From Minisyncoccia bacterium (GTDB lineage: Bacteria; Patescibacteriota; Minisyncoccia; Phycocordibacterales; UBA5272): 51,848 nucleotides of DNA. Position 1 is the stretch's first letter, and every line of letters starts with the position of its first letter. Shown here piece after piece: positions 17,845-26,591 of this stretch. Both the position numbers and the translations under genes were made by a program. The stretch spans positions 1 to 51,848 of the forward strand of contig JBDHUS010000002.1 of assembly GCA_039809325.1 (NCBI GenBank), written 5' to 3'. The notes beneath the pieces were generated by a model. The model was not told where the DNA came from, did not search any database, and saw only the letters and a list, made by a program, of their open reading frames with translations.

Positions 17845-19140
17845 ATGAAGGATGATAATAAAAAAAAGCTACTTAGCATAGCTTATATAGCTGTAGTTTT
17901 TTTTTCTATTCATTATTTTTCAATATATTATATTTTAGCAAATTTCTTAGACCAATACTTTAATAAAACAACATTAAGCATACTATTTGCTATAGGAGCA
18001 ATATTGTCAATAATATTATCTCATTTTTTTGGAAGAATCTTAAAAAAGAATACGAATGAAAAAAGTCTGAGTGCTATACTTATAATACAATTTTTAATAA
18101 CACTTTCTCTCTCTTTTACAAATATATTAAATATTTATTTAATAGCTATATTAGCTATAATTCAATTTGCTTTATTTACTCTTATATGGGTATCTATTAA
18201 TATTTTTATAAGTGAATTTTCTGATCAAGAAAATATAGGCACAATACGAGGTACAATATTAACTATATATAGCTTTGGAGCTATTAGTGCACCATTTTTA
18301 ATGTCACAAATTTTTAATTTATTTGGATATTCTTCTTTATTTTTAGTAAGCTCTTTTGCTTTAATTCCACTTTTCTATATAAATAGATCTTTCTTTAAAG
18401 AAGTAAAAGAGCCTAAATATAAACACTTTGGCCTTAGAAAGAGTCTTAAAGTAGTATTTAAAGATAAAGATATAAGAGGTGTTATAATATCTTCTTTTTT
18501 CTTAAATAGTTTTTTCACCGTAATGAATATATATTTAGTTTTATATTTAACAGAAATTATAGGAATACCTATAGTTCTTTATTTAGAATTAATACTTCCT
18601 ATATCTTTAATCCCTTTTATAATAGTACCTTATAATTTAGGAAAATATTCTGATGAAATTTTTGGAGAGAAAAAAGCTATGCTTTTTGGAATATTTTTAA
18701 TGAGCTCTATATTAATTTCTATATATATTTTTAATATAAAAACAACCAATATATTTCTTTGGATGATATTAATATTTTTAGCCCGAGTCGGTGCTACCAC
18801 TACAGAAACAGAAAATTATGCTTACTTTTATAAAAAAATAGATAGTAGAAATGCAGGCTTAATTGCATTATTTCAAAATATGACAAATATATCTTTTATA
18901 TTTGTTACATTATTTGGTGCTTTACTTATAGGAATTTTTAATATAAATTTACCTATATTATTTGCTCTTATTGGCATTATGGGCTTATCAACTATCATAA
19001 TAATATATCATATGAAAGATACTCAAAAAAAGAATGAAAATATAAAGACTATTGAATCTATAAATAAAAAAATGGAAAAAATACCTACTAAGAAATTCCT
19101 AGAAAAAGATGACGATAAAAAAATAAAAATCTGGGCATAA
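17845..19140 (+). CDS. MFS-type transporter
   Basis: 431 aa with roughly 12 hydrophobic segments in two halves, separated by a basic loop (KEVKEPKYKHFGLRKSLK). Confidence 0.65.
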   Translation: MKDDNKKKLLSIAYIAVVFFSIHYFSIYYILANFLDQYFNKTTLSILFAIGAILSIILSHFFGRILKKNTNEKSLSAILIIQFLITLSLSFTNILNIYLIAILAIIQFALFTLIWVSINIFISEFSDQENIGTIRGTILTIYSFGAISAPFLMSQIFNLFGYSSLFLVSSFALIPLFYINRSFFKEVKEPKYKHFGLRKSLKVVFKDKDIRGVIISSFFLNSFFTVMNIYLVLYLTEIIGIPIVLYLELILPISLIPFIIVPYNLGKYSDEIFGEKKAMLFGIFLMSSILISIYIFNIKTTNIFLWMILIFLARVGATTTETENYAYFYKKIDSRNAGLIALFQNMTNISFIFVTLFGALLIGIFNINLPILFALIGIMGLSTIIIIYHMKDTQKKNENIKTIESINKKMEKIPTKKFLEKDDDKKIKIWA

Positions 19141-19144
19141 AAAT

Positions 19145-19864
19145 ATGAGATTAAAGGTAAATTTAGAAAAATATACAATAGAAGAATCAAAGATGGGTAT
19201 CAGAATAAATAAATACATAAGTGATATTGGTATACTTTCTCGTAGAGAAGTAGATAAATTAATAGAGAGTAAAAAAATACATATTAACGATAGAGTTGCT
19301 ATTTTGGGAGAAAAAGTAAAAAATGGAGATAGTATTTTTTTAAATACAAAATTTGAGAAACTCAAATATTTTTTATACAATAAAAAGAAAGGGGAAGAGA
19401 CGGCTTTTAAAATAATAAATAAAATAAGATATGATTCTATTGGTAGATTAGATAAAGAAAGTGAAGGATTATTACTTTATAGCAATGATTATCGTATAGT
19501 AGAAGAGCTCTTAAATCCTGAGAATAAATTTGAAAGAGAGTATAATGTAATAGTTAGAGAAAATGCTACCCCAAGAGTAAAAACTATTTTAGAGAGAGGT
19601 ATTTATACTAAAGAAGCAAATTACTCCCCTGCTAAAGTAGTAAATCTTGATGAAGAAAATAGACATCTTATTAATATAATATTAACTGAAGGTAAAAAAC
19701 ATGAAATAAGAAGAATGCTAAATGCTTTAAATTTAACCATAAAATCATTACGAAGGGTACGATTTGTATTTTTAACTTTAGGAAAAATGAAATCGGGTGA
19801 AACTAGAGAATTAAAAAAAGACGAAATAGAAAAACTTTTAAAAATTTTAAATATAAAAAATTAA
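19145..19864 (+). CDS. pseudouridine synthase, RsuA/RluB/RluE/RluF family, with S4 domain
   Basis: It has an S4 domain (IRINKYISDIGILSRREVDKLI) and the catalytic motif GRLDKESEGLLLYSND. The probable true start is the Met at 19193 (MGIRINKY). Its stop shares the tetranucleotide TTAA with the convergent ddl-like gene. Confidence 0.85.
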   Translation: MRLKVNLEKYTIEESKMGIRINKYISDIGILSRREVDKLIESKKIHINDRVAILGEKVKNGDSIFLNTKFEKLKYFLYNKKKGEETAFKIINKIRYDSIGRLDKESEGLLLYSNDYRIVEELLNPENKFEREYNVIVRENATPRVKTILERGIYTKEANYSPAKVVNLDEENRHLINIILTEGKKHEIRRMLNALNLTIKSLRRVRFVFLTLGKMKSGETRELKKDEIEKLLKILNIKN

Positions 19865-20868
19865 AAAATCTTTTCCTCTTCTTCTGATTTCTCTATTCTG
19901 TCTAAAATAAATCTACCTATATCTACTCCTGAATTTTTTAAAATAAAATCAAAACGAGAATCTTCAAAAATATTTGGTGAAGAATGTATGTCTAAAATTT
20001 TTAAAATATATTTTTTTTCTTTATTTTTAATATTTTCTATCAAAACCATATCTATCATTGCATAATTATTTAAAAATAAAGTTTTATGTAAATCATTTAC
20101 TAAATGCTTAATCTTTTCTTTAATATTATTATCTATAAAAATTAAACTTCTCTTTTCGCAATTATGACCTATTAAACATTTATTTTGTAGTGATTTACTA
20201 TTAATATTTTTATCTGTTACATCTATATTTAAAACTTCAATTGGGGTTGGTATATATAATTCTTCTCCTCTATACTCTGGTATTGTCGCTACAGAGATAT
20301 ATTTACCCTGTATATGTTCTTCTAATAAAACCTCTCCTTTTTTATTTAAAATACTATTTATCTTCTTAAAAGCTTCTAAAAAAGAATAAGTTACTATACT
20401 TTTTTCATTAAATTCATGGTTTACTTCTTTTATGACTATAGGTAAATGAAATTTAGACCAAACTGCTTTTAAATTATGCTCCAAATTATTCTTTTCTCTA
20501 ATTACTATATATTTTGGCATATCTACTTGCAATTGATCCAAAATTCTCTTAACATTTACTCTATTCAAAAGTGCTGAATAATCATTTTGGAAAATAGGCT
20601 TTACATTTAATTTTTTTGACAAATTATGATATTCAGCAAATTTATTATTTGTAAAATCTATATAAAAATCTGTCTTAGAAAAAACTTTATGTGGATCAGA
20701 AGGTATTCCTTTCTCAAACCAATTATTCTCTTCATCAATAGAAACATCTATAACATCAATTAAATCTAAATACTTAGATAAAGACAATATTACATTTGCT
20801 CCATTTTTCATAGAGCGACGAAAATCACTTGGCCCTCCTCTAATAATAGCTATCTTTCTTTTCTTCAT
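19861..20868 (-). CDS. D-alanine--D-alanine ligase-like ATP-grasp enzyme (divergent)
   Basis: 335 aa. The N-terminus KIAIIRGGPSDFRRSMKNG resembles the Ddl N-terminus, and the C-terminus (AMIDMVL...ILDIHSSPNIFEDSRF...SGVDIGRFILDRI) resembles the ATP-grasp Mg/ATP site. Confidence 0.6.
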   Translation of the reverse strand: MKKRKIAIIRGGPSDFRRSMKNGANVILSLSKYLDLIDVIDVSIDEENNWFEKGIPSDPHKVFSKTDFYIDFTNNKFAEYHNLSKKLNVKPIFQNDYSALLNRVNVKRILDQLQVDMPKYIVIREKNNLEHNLKAVWSKFHLPIVIKEVNHEFNEKSIVTYSFLEAFKKINSILNKKGEVLLEEHIQGKYISVATIPEYRGEELYIPTPIEVLNIDVTDKNINSKSLQNKCLIGHNCEKRSLIFIDNNIKEKIKHLVNDLHKTLFLNNYAMIDMVLIENIKNKEKKYILKILDIHSSPNIFEDSRFDFILKNSGVDIGRFILDRIEKSEEEEKIF

Positions 20869-20900
20869 AATATATAAATATTATATCATGAAGTTAAGAT

Positions 20901-21290
20901 TTATAAATTATTAAAATATTCTCTTGTATTTTTATTTGGAGCAATATCTACTACTTCTTTTATAGATAAAATAAGAATCCCTTTCACTATTCTTTCTGGT
21001 AAAATATCTTTTACTTTGATTACAATATTTTCAAAAATCTTTCCTTCTTTTAAATAATCACATTCAGCTTTAATCTGAAAACCAAACAAGTCTTTCCAAG
21101 CAGCGAATGAAACCTTTTTATTTTCTAAAATATTAGCTAATGTCTTTTGCATAAAATAATCGACTAAAATTATTTTATCTTCTTCAAAAAAAATTGAAGA
21201 TACTGGTATAACATTGATACCAAAACTACCAAAAGTAGCTAAAGATTTTGCTTCTGCTTTTAATAAAAATTCTTTTAAAAAATTATCCAT
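20901..21290 (-). CDS. small PNPOx-like / FMN-binding split-barrel protein (tentative)
   Basis: 129 aa. The N-terminal pattern (ATFGSFGINVIPVSS...ILVDYFMQKTLANI...VSFAAW) is reminiscent of the pyridoxamine-phosphate-oxidase-like fold. No motif-level proof. Confidence 0.4.
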   Translation of the reverse strand: MDNFLKEFLLKAEAKSLATFGSFGINVIPVSSIFFEEDKIILVDYFMQKTLANILENKKVSFAAWKDLFGFQIKAECDYLKEGKIFENIVIKVKDILPERIVKGILILSIKEVVDIAPNKNTREYFNNL

Positions 21291-21305
21291 ATATTTTAAT
21301 ATAAA

Positions 21306-23045
21306 TTATGCTTCACAAGATACACAAAGACTATCGCTTTCTGCTAAATATACTTTATAATTTTGCTTTTCTTTATTCTCTAAATTAATAGCTTGTAATT
21401 TATTTCTATTAAATTGTTGGGCGGCATTCATGCTATGTTGATAGTAAAGAGATTTTACTTCTGATTCCCAAGCTTTAATATATAATGCATTGATATCTTT
21501 TACAGAAGTAGATGGATTTATCATTAAATTTAATGATTGGCCTTGATCTATAAACTTTTGCCTATCTCCTGCTTGCTCTATTATCACATTTTGATCTATT
21601 TCTGAAAATGTTTTAAAAATTTCTTTTTCTTCTTTTTCTAAAAAATCTAAATATTGTACAGAACCGTCATTATCTAGAATACTTTTCCAAACTTCATCTG
21701 TATTCTTATTTTTTGTTATTAATAATCTTTCTAAAAATTTGTTTCTAAAAGTTACCTTTATCTTTTCTAAATCTTTCACAAAACAATTAGAAAATACTGG
21801 CTCAATCCCTTGCGAAACTTGTCCTAAAATGAAAGATGATGAAGTAGTTGGTGCAACAGCTAAAAGAGTAGTATTCCTTCTACCATACCCTTTTAATATA
21901 TCAGGTTCACCATATTCATTTGCTAAATCTTTTGAAGCTCTATAAGCCTTTTCATTAATTAATTTAAAAATCTCAATATTTAATTCTTTAGCTCTTTTGC
22001 TCTCAAAAGAGAGCATGTTATTTTGTAAAAATGAATGCCAACCTAAAACTCCAAGTCCAAGAGCTCTATTTTCTTTTGCAAAATTATAAGCTCTTTCCAT
22101 GAAAAGAAAAGCTTGCCTGTCGTTAATATTGCTACTATTCTTTTTAGCTTCTAATTTTAAAATAAAGTCTTCTATAACGGCATCTAAAAATACCACCATC
22201 GTCTCTACAGCATCAGTATCTTTCCATTCATTATAATGAAATACATTCATAGAAGATAAGCAGCAAACAAAAGACCATTTTTCATTACTTGGTAGCGCTA
22301 TCTCACTACACAAATTACTTGCATAAATTCTTAATCCTTTATCTTTATAAACATCTACTGTATTATTATTTACAGTATCAGAAAATAATATATAAGGATA
22401 ACCTATTTGACTTCTTCTTTGTAAGACTTTTGCCCATATTTCTCTTTTTTTAGTATCTCCTGCTATCATAGACTTAAACCATTCATCAGAAACTGTTACA
22501 GCATATGTGGATTCTTGTATCTTATCCCCTTCTGTTCCAATATTTAAGAATTCTTCAATATCTGGATGTTCTATTGGCAAATAAAGTGCTACATGACCTC
22601 TTCTTGCTGATCCTTGTGATATTACATTAGTAGCAGTATCAAACATTTGCATAAAATGTACTGAGCCAGAACTTGTACCATTATTTTTTATTTTAGCGCC
22701 TCTTTCTCTTACGTCTCCAAAATAAACACTAGTTCCTCCACCGTATTTTGTCATCATTCCGATTTCAGAAAGAGTAAAAAGAATTTGTCCCATATCATCT
22801 CCAGCATATGAACCAAAGCAACTTATAGGAAGACCTCTATCAAGTCCAAAATTAAGCCATATGGGAGTGGATAAAGAATAATAACCTTTTGACATATAAT
22901 TGTAGAACTTTTTTGCAAAGCCTTCTTTTTTTAATATTTTTTCTGCATGCTCTGATATTTCTTTTATTCTATCTTCTGGAGAAACACCAGGAAGTAAATA
23001 ATCTTTTACTAAAAATTCTCTTGAGTATTCATTTAACCATTCCAT
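21306..23045 (-). CDS. nrdA: class I ribonucleotide reductase alpha subunit, short form without ATP-cone
   Basis: 579 aa with active-site ASNLCSEIALP, a PISCFG-type loop, and a C-terminal redox Cys pair (CVSCEA). There is no VxKRDG-type ATP-cone at the N-terminus. Confidence 0.9.
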   Translation of the reverse strand: MEWLNEYSREFLVKDYLLPGVSPEDRIKEISEHAEKILKKEGFAKKFYNYMSKGYYSLSTPIWLNFGLDRGLPISCFGSYAGDDMGQILFTLSEIGMMTKYGGGTSVYFGDVRERGAKIKNNGTSSGSVHFMQMFDTATNVISQGSARRGHVALYLPIEHPDIEEFLNIGTEGDKIQESTYAVTVSDEWFKSMIAGDTKKREIWAKVLQRRSQIGYPYILFSDTVNNNTVDVYKDKGLRIYASNLCSEIALPSNEKWSFVCCLSSMNVFHYNEWKDTDAVETMVVFLDAVIEDFILKLEAKKNSSNINDRQAFLFMERAYNFAKENRALGLGVLGWHSFLQNNMLSFESKRAKELNIEIFKLINEKAYRASKDLANEYGEPDILKGYGRRNTTLLAVAPTTSSSFILGQVSQGIEPVFSNCFVKDLEKIKVTFRNKFLERLLITKNKNTDEVWKSILDNDGSVQYLDFLEKEEKEIFKTFSEIDQNVIIEQAGDRQKFIDQGQSLNLMINPSTSVKDINALYIKAWESEVKSLYYQHSMNAAQQFNRNKLQAINLENKEKQNYKVYLAESDSLCVSCEA

Positions 23046-23079
23046 ATATTTTTTATTTTAATTATGTTGCTTATAAATT

Positions 23080-24429
23080 TTAGAATAAATCTTCTCCTGT
23101 AATACTTTGACTTCTTTTATTGTAATTAATAGATTTTTTACCAAAAAAGTCTACATGTTTTGTAACTATAACTTCTTCATCAAACCAATTTGTTTCTTTT
23201 AATAATTCTTCATCGACCGGAAAAATTCTTGGTAATCCTATACTAAACAATGAATTATTTAATCTATTTTTAATAAACTCTAAAATTGTATTCTTTGATA
23301 AAAAGTCTAATTCTCCTTTTTCTAATATCCAATCCAATACTTTCTTTTCTGATTCATAAGCTTCTTTGCAAGCGTCTATTATAGTATTCTGAAATTCTTC
23401 ATCAAACCACTCCGGATGTTCACTTTTTATAATATTTATTAAATCTATACCAAAAAGTCCGTGTATTTGCTCTTCTTTGCTTGTTGCTTCTATAGCATTA
23501 GATATTCCTTTAAATAAAAATCTTTTTTTATTAAAAGACATAATAATCAAAAATTGTGAAAATAATGATACATGCTCAATAAATAAAGAAAAAAGTAAAA
23601 TCGAAAGTGTGTATTCCTTATTATCTTCACTTCTGGCATTAGCTACACTTTTATCTAAATATCTAACTCTTTCCATAAGTGCTGGCAAATCCTTAATTTT
23701 TGCAAATTCTTCATTTAACCCGAGCAGTTCCAAGAGGTGCGCATAAGCATCAGTATGTCTAACCTCACTTTCAGCAAAAGTAGCCCCGACAGCTCCGATT
23801 TCTGGCTTAGGTAATTTTTTATATATATCTCCCCAAAAATTCTTCACTGCTACTTCAATCTGAGCTATAGCAAGCATTGAATTCTTTATAGCGCTCTTTT
23901 CCTTTTCAGAAACTTCTACTTTAAAATCCTGTAAATCTTTTGTGAAATTAAATTCTGTATGAAGCCAGTATGAATGTCGTATAGCATTAACATATTCATA
24001 AAGTTCTGGATATTCATAGGGTTTCAAATTTATTCTTTTTTGAAATATGTCTCTTTGTCTAAATTTGGCCCTTTCTTCTCTATAAAGAATATATGCTCTA
24101 GCAACATCATAATACTTATTTTCCATAATAGAATTTTCAACTAAATCTTGTATATCTTCTATCCAAAAAATTCCATTAATGATATCTTTTGTCTTTGAGT
24201 CTAAATTAGAAATATCATTATTATTATTTTCTTTTCTAATTTGAATTATTTTATTCTCAATCTTTTCTATAACTTTTTTAGTTATAATTTCTGCTTCTTC
24301 TCTTGAATCATTATTAAGTTGAAGCATTGCTTTATAAATAGCATTTGAAATCTTTTCAGAATCAAATTTTTGAGAAGAAAAATCTCTTTTTTTAACATAT
24401 TTTATAATATTACTTACTGGTTGAGACAT
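23080..24429 (-). CDS. nrdB: ribonucleotide reductase beta (radical-generating) subunit with N-terminal ATP-cone
   Basis: 449 aa. Residues ~10-100 form an ATP-cone (YVKKRDFSSQKFDSEKISNAIYKA...YILYRE). The ferritin-like core has metal ligands IAQIEV, AESEVRHTDAY (ExxH plus radical Tyr), FIEHV, and KEEQIH. Confidence 0.9.
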   Translation of the reverse strand: MSQPVSNIIKYVKKRDFSSQKFDSEKISNAIYKAMLQLNNDSREEAEIITKKVIEKIENKIIQIRKENNNNDISNLDSKTKDIINGIFWIEDIQDLVENSIMENKYYDVARAYILYREERAKFRQRDIFQKRINLKPYEYPELYEYVNAIRHSYWLHTEFNFTKDLQDFKVEVSEKEKSAIKNSMLAIAQIEVAVKNFWGDIYKKLPKPEIGAVGATFAESEVRHTDAYAHLLELLGLNEEFAKIKDLPALMERVRYLDKSVANARSEDNKEYTLSILLFSLFIEHVSLFSQFLIIMSFNKKRFLFKGISNAIEATSKEEQIHGLFGIDLINIIKSEHPEWFDEEFQNTIIDACKEAYESEKKVLDWILEKGELDFLSKNTILEFIKNRLNNSLFSIGLPRIFPVDEELLKETNWFDEEVIVTKHVDFFGKKSINYNKRSQSITGEDLF

Positions 24430-24657
24430 AATTTTAAAAGATTAAAAAAACTAATAATAAAAGTCAGCATTTTTTAAAAATGCTATATATTCTAAGACAA
24501 GAAGAATAATAATAAAAGTTTCTAGGTTATTTTTATTTTACACTATAAAAAAATATTTTTTCTAAAATCTATTAAAATTTGATAAATTATTTGACATACA
24601 AAAAAAATATTTTATATTTATAAAATATTTTATTTTACAAAAATATAAATATGTTGT

Positions 24658-25914
24658 CTATTTGATTCTATTTCTCAACAACTTATGATAAGAAATAGCA
24701 AATCTGTGTGTCTCTTCATTTGCTTTTATTATGAGATATTCATTTTTTAACTTATCCACAGGTCTTAAAGTTAAGACTTCTCTTACCTTATGTTTTTCAT
24801 CTTTAACTACAGAAAAAAGCTTTATTTTTCCTAATTCTTTTTTATTTAAAATATTTTCCAAATTTTTAGCTATATATTTTAAATGAGTTTTTCCACCATC
24901 TATTATCAAAATGTCTGGATATTTCCACTCTTTATGAGAAAATCTTCTCTCTAATATCTCTACAAGTCCTGCCAAATCATCATTTACTCCTTCTTTTATT
25001 TTAAATTTTTTATATTCACTCTTTTTAAATTCTCCATCTTCAAGAACTACCATTACTCCAACTCTATCTCTACCTGAAATATGTGATATATCATAACTTT
25101 CTATTCTTAATTTAGATATTTCTTCATTTTCTAAATCATTATTTTTAATAAAATTAATGTCTCGTATATGCTGAAAAGTATTTATTTTATTTCTTATAAT
25201 ACTTGCTTCTTCAAATTTTTCTTCTTTTGCTAACAATTTCATTTCTTTTTCTAACTCTTTTAAAAGTTTTTGAAAATCACCAGATAATATTTTCTCAATA
25301 TTTTTTAAATTTTTAGCATACTCTTTTTCAGATATTGATCCAACACAAACTCCAGGACAAAGCCCTATTTGATAATTAAAGCATCCTCTTTTTTCATTAA
25401 GTTTACATTTATCTCTATAAGGAAATATTTTTCTTATAAATTTCATCACTTCTAAAAGTTCACTTTTTGAAATAAAAGGACCAAATTTTTTGATAATCTT
25501 TAACTTATTATCCTTTTCTATTTCTCTACCTCTCGCTATTAATACTTTTGGATATTTCTCATCTGTAAAAATGATATAAGAATAACTTTTATTATCTTTT
25601 TCTTTTGTATTAAAAAATGGTTGATATTCTTTTATGTATTTAGACTCTAAAATAATAGCCTCTAATACAGAGTTAGTTTCTATATAGAAAATATCTTTAG
25701 CATTTTCTATCATCGAAGTGATTTTTACCCCTCTTCCAGTTTCTAAATCCTTAGAAAAATAACTTTTAACTCTATCTTTTAAATTTGTAGCTTTACCTAT
25801 ATATAAAACATTTTCTCTTTTTGGTAAAGATTTTGTTTTATGCTTTTTATCTAAAAAGAAATAGATCCCGCTCACCTCTCCTAGATTATAATTTTTAAAA
25901 TCTTCTTTTTTCAT
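24658..25914 (-). CDS. uvrC: UvrC-like excinuclease subunit, short form (no C-terminal (HhH)2)
   Basis: 418 aa. It has a GIY-YIG domain (GIYFFL...VLYIGKATNLKDRVKSYF), a Cys-rich UvrC segment (GCFNYQIGLCPGVCVG), a UVR domain (EEKFEEASIIRNKI) and an RNase-H-like endonuclease domain (IESYDISHISG). The ORF stops before any helix-hairpin-helix region. Confidence 0.85.
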   Translation of the reverse strand: MKKEDFKNYNLGEVSGIYFFLDKKHKTKSLPKRENVLYIGKATNLKDRVKSYFSKDLETGRGVKITSMIENAKDIFYIETNSVLEAIILESKYIKEYQPFFNTKEKDNKSYSYIIFTDEKYPKVLIARGREIEKDNKLKIIKKFGPFISKSELLEVMKFIRKIFPYRDKCKLNEKRGCFNYQIGLCPGVCVGSISEKEYAKNLKNIEKILSGDFQKLLKELEKEMKLLAKEEKFEEASIIRNKINTFQHIRDINFIKNNDLENEEISKLRIESYDISHISGRDRVGVMVVLEDGEFKKSEYKKFKIKEGVNDDLAGLVEILERRFSHKEWKYPDILIIDGGKTHLKYIAKNLENILNKKELGKIKLFSVVKDEKHKVREVLTLRPVDKLKNEYLIIKANEETHRFAISYHKLLRNRIK

Positions 25915-25991
25915 AACTTTATAATATCAAAATATAGACAAAATAAAAAACCTTTATGATAAGGCTTTTTATTTTAAAACTTATTTTTTAT

Positions 25992-26480
25992 CTAATTAAT
26001 ATCTCCGCAACCTTTATATTCTTTTTCACTATGCATATTAATTTCTACTTTATAAGTATGCACTTTATCAGCATCGTCAGTACAAGATTCTTTTTTAAAG
26101 TAAATTATAAAATCTTTCTCTTCTTTTATAGTAGAAGTAGCGCTCGGAGTCAAAAATCCTCTATATTGAGTTTCTGATTCATAATTTTCTTGCCAAGTTC
26201 TCCCCAATATGCCAGTAAATGTAGCCTCTCCATAATCTACTACTAATAATGTATTTGCAGAGCTAGTGTCACCATTTATTTTTAAATACCAACCAGGCTC
26301 ATTACCACTTGCTGAAATATTTATTAATTCGCTAGTAGAAGCTGTATTATTATTTGTATTTATTATACTTTTTTCTTCTTTTTTGTTTAAATTAAATATT
26401 TCTATTATTCCCCAAAGGATAATTAGTATTATTACTATCCATAAATATTTATTAATACTACTCTTTTTTTCATTTTCCAT
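25992..26480 (-). CDS. membrane-anchored hypothetical protein (COG3650/MliC-like, tentative)
   Basis: 162 aa with an N-terminal TM helix, then SGNEPGWYLKI... and C-terminal ...CTDDADKVHTYKVEI...YKGCG. The resemblance to the GNEPFW...GCG family is from memory. Confidence 0.4.
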   Translation of the reverse strand: MENEKKSSINKYLWIVIILIILWGIIEIFNLNKKEEKSIINTNNNTASTSELINISASGNEPGWYLKINGDTSSANTLLVVDYGEATFTGILGRTWQENYESETQYRGFLTPSATSTIKEEKDFIIYFKKESCTDDADKVHTYKVEINMHSEKEYKGCGDIN

Positions 26481-26591
26481 AATTTTATTATATTAAATTG
26501 ATAAACAAAATTCACAAATAAAACAAAACTTGATAATAATTTAATTATAACATTTTTAGAATTATAATTTAAAAAAAATAATAAAAATATT

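Noticed and set aside
19099-19380. A 93-aa minus-strand ORF overlapping the MFS gene end and the pseudouridine synthase start.
   Set aside because: It is antisense to two well-supported genes, has a low-complexity F/L/I/S composition, and shows no motif.
24470-24560. Possible NrdR boxes upstream of nrdB: the ATGCTATATATTCT region near 24480 and ACACTATAAAAAAATA near 24541.
   Set aside because: The better candidate (near 24480) matches only about 10 of 16 positions of the NrdR palindrome consensus as I remember it. The ~60-bp spacing does not fit the usual tandem arrangement. No nrdR is seen, and AT-rich DNA produces such partial matches by chance.
24591-24626. A plus-strand TTGACA followed by AT-rich -10-like hexamers, pointing antisense into uvrC.
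   Set aside because: No good -10 lies at 16-18 nt (only ATATTT or TATTTA). There is no downstream terminator or ORF. It is indistinguishable from background in an A/T spacer.
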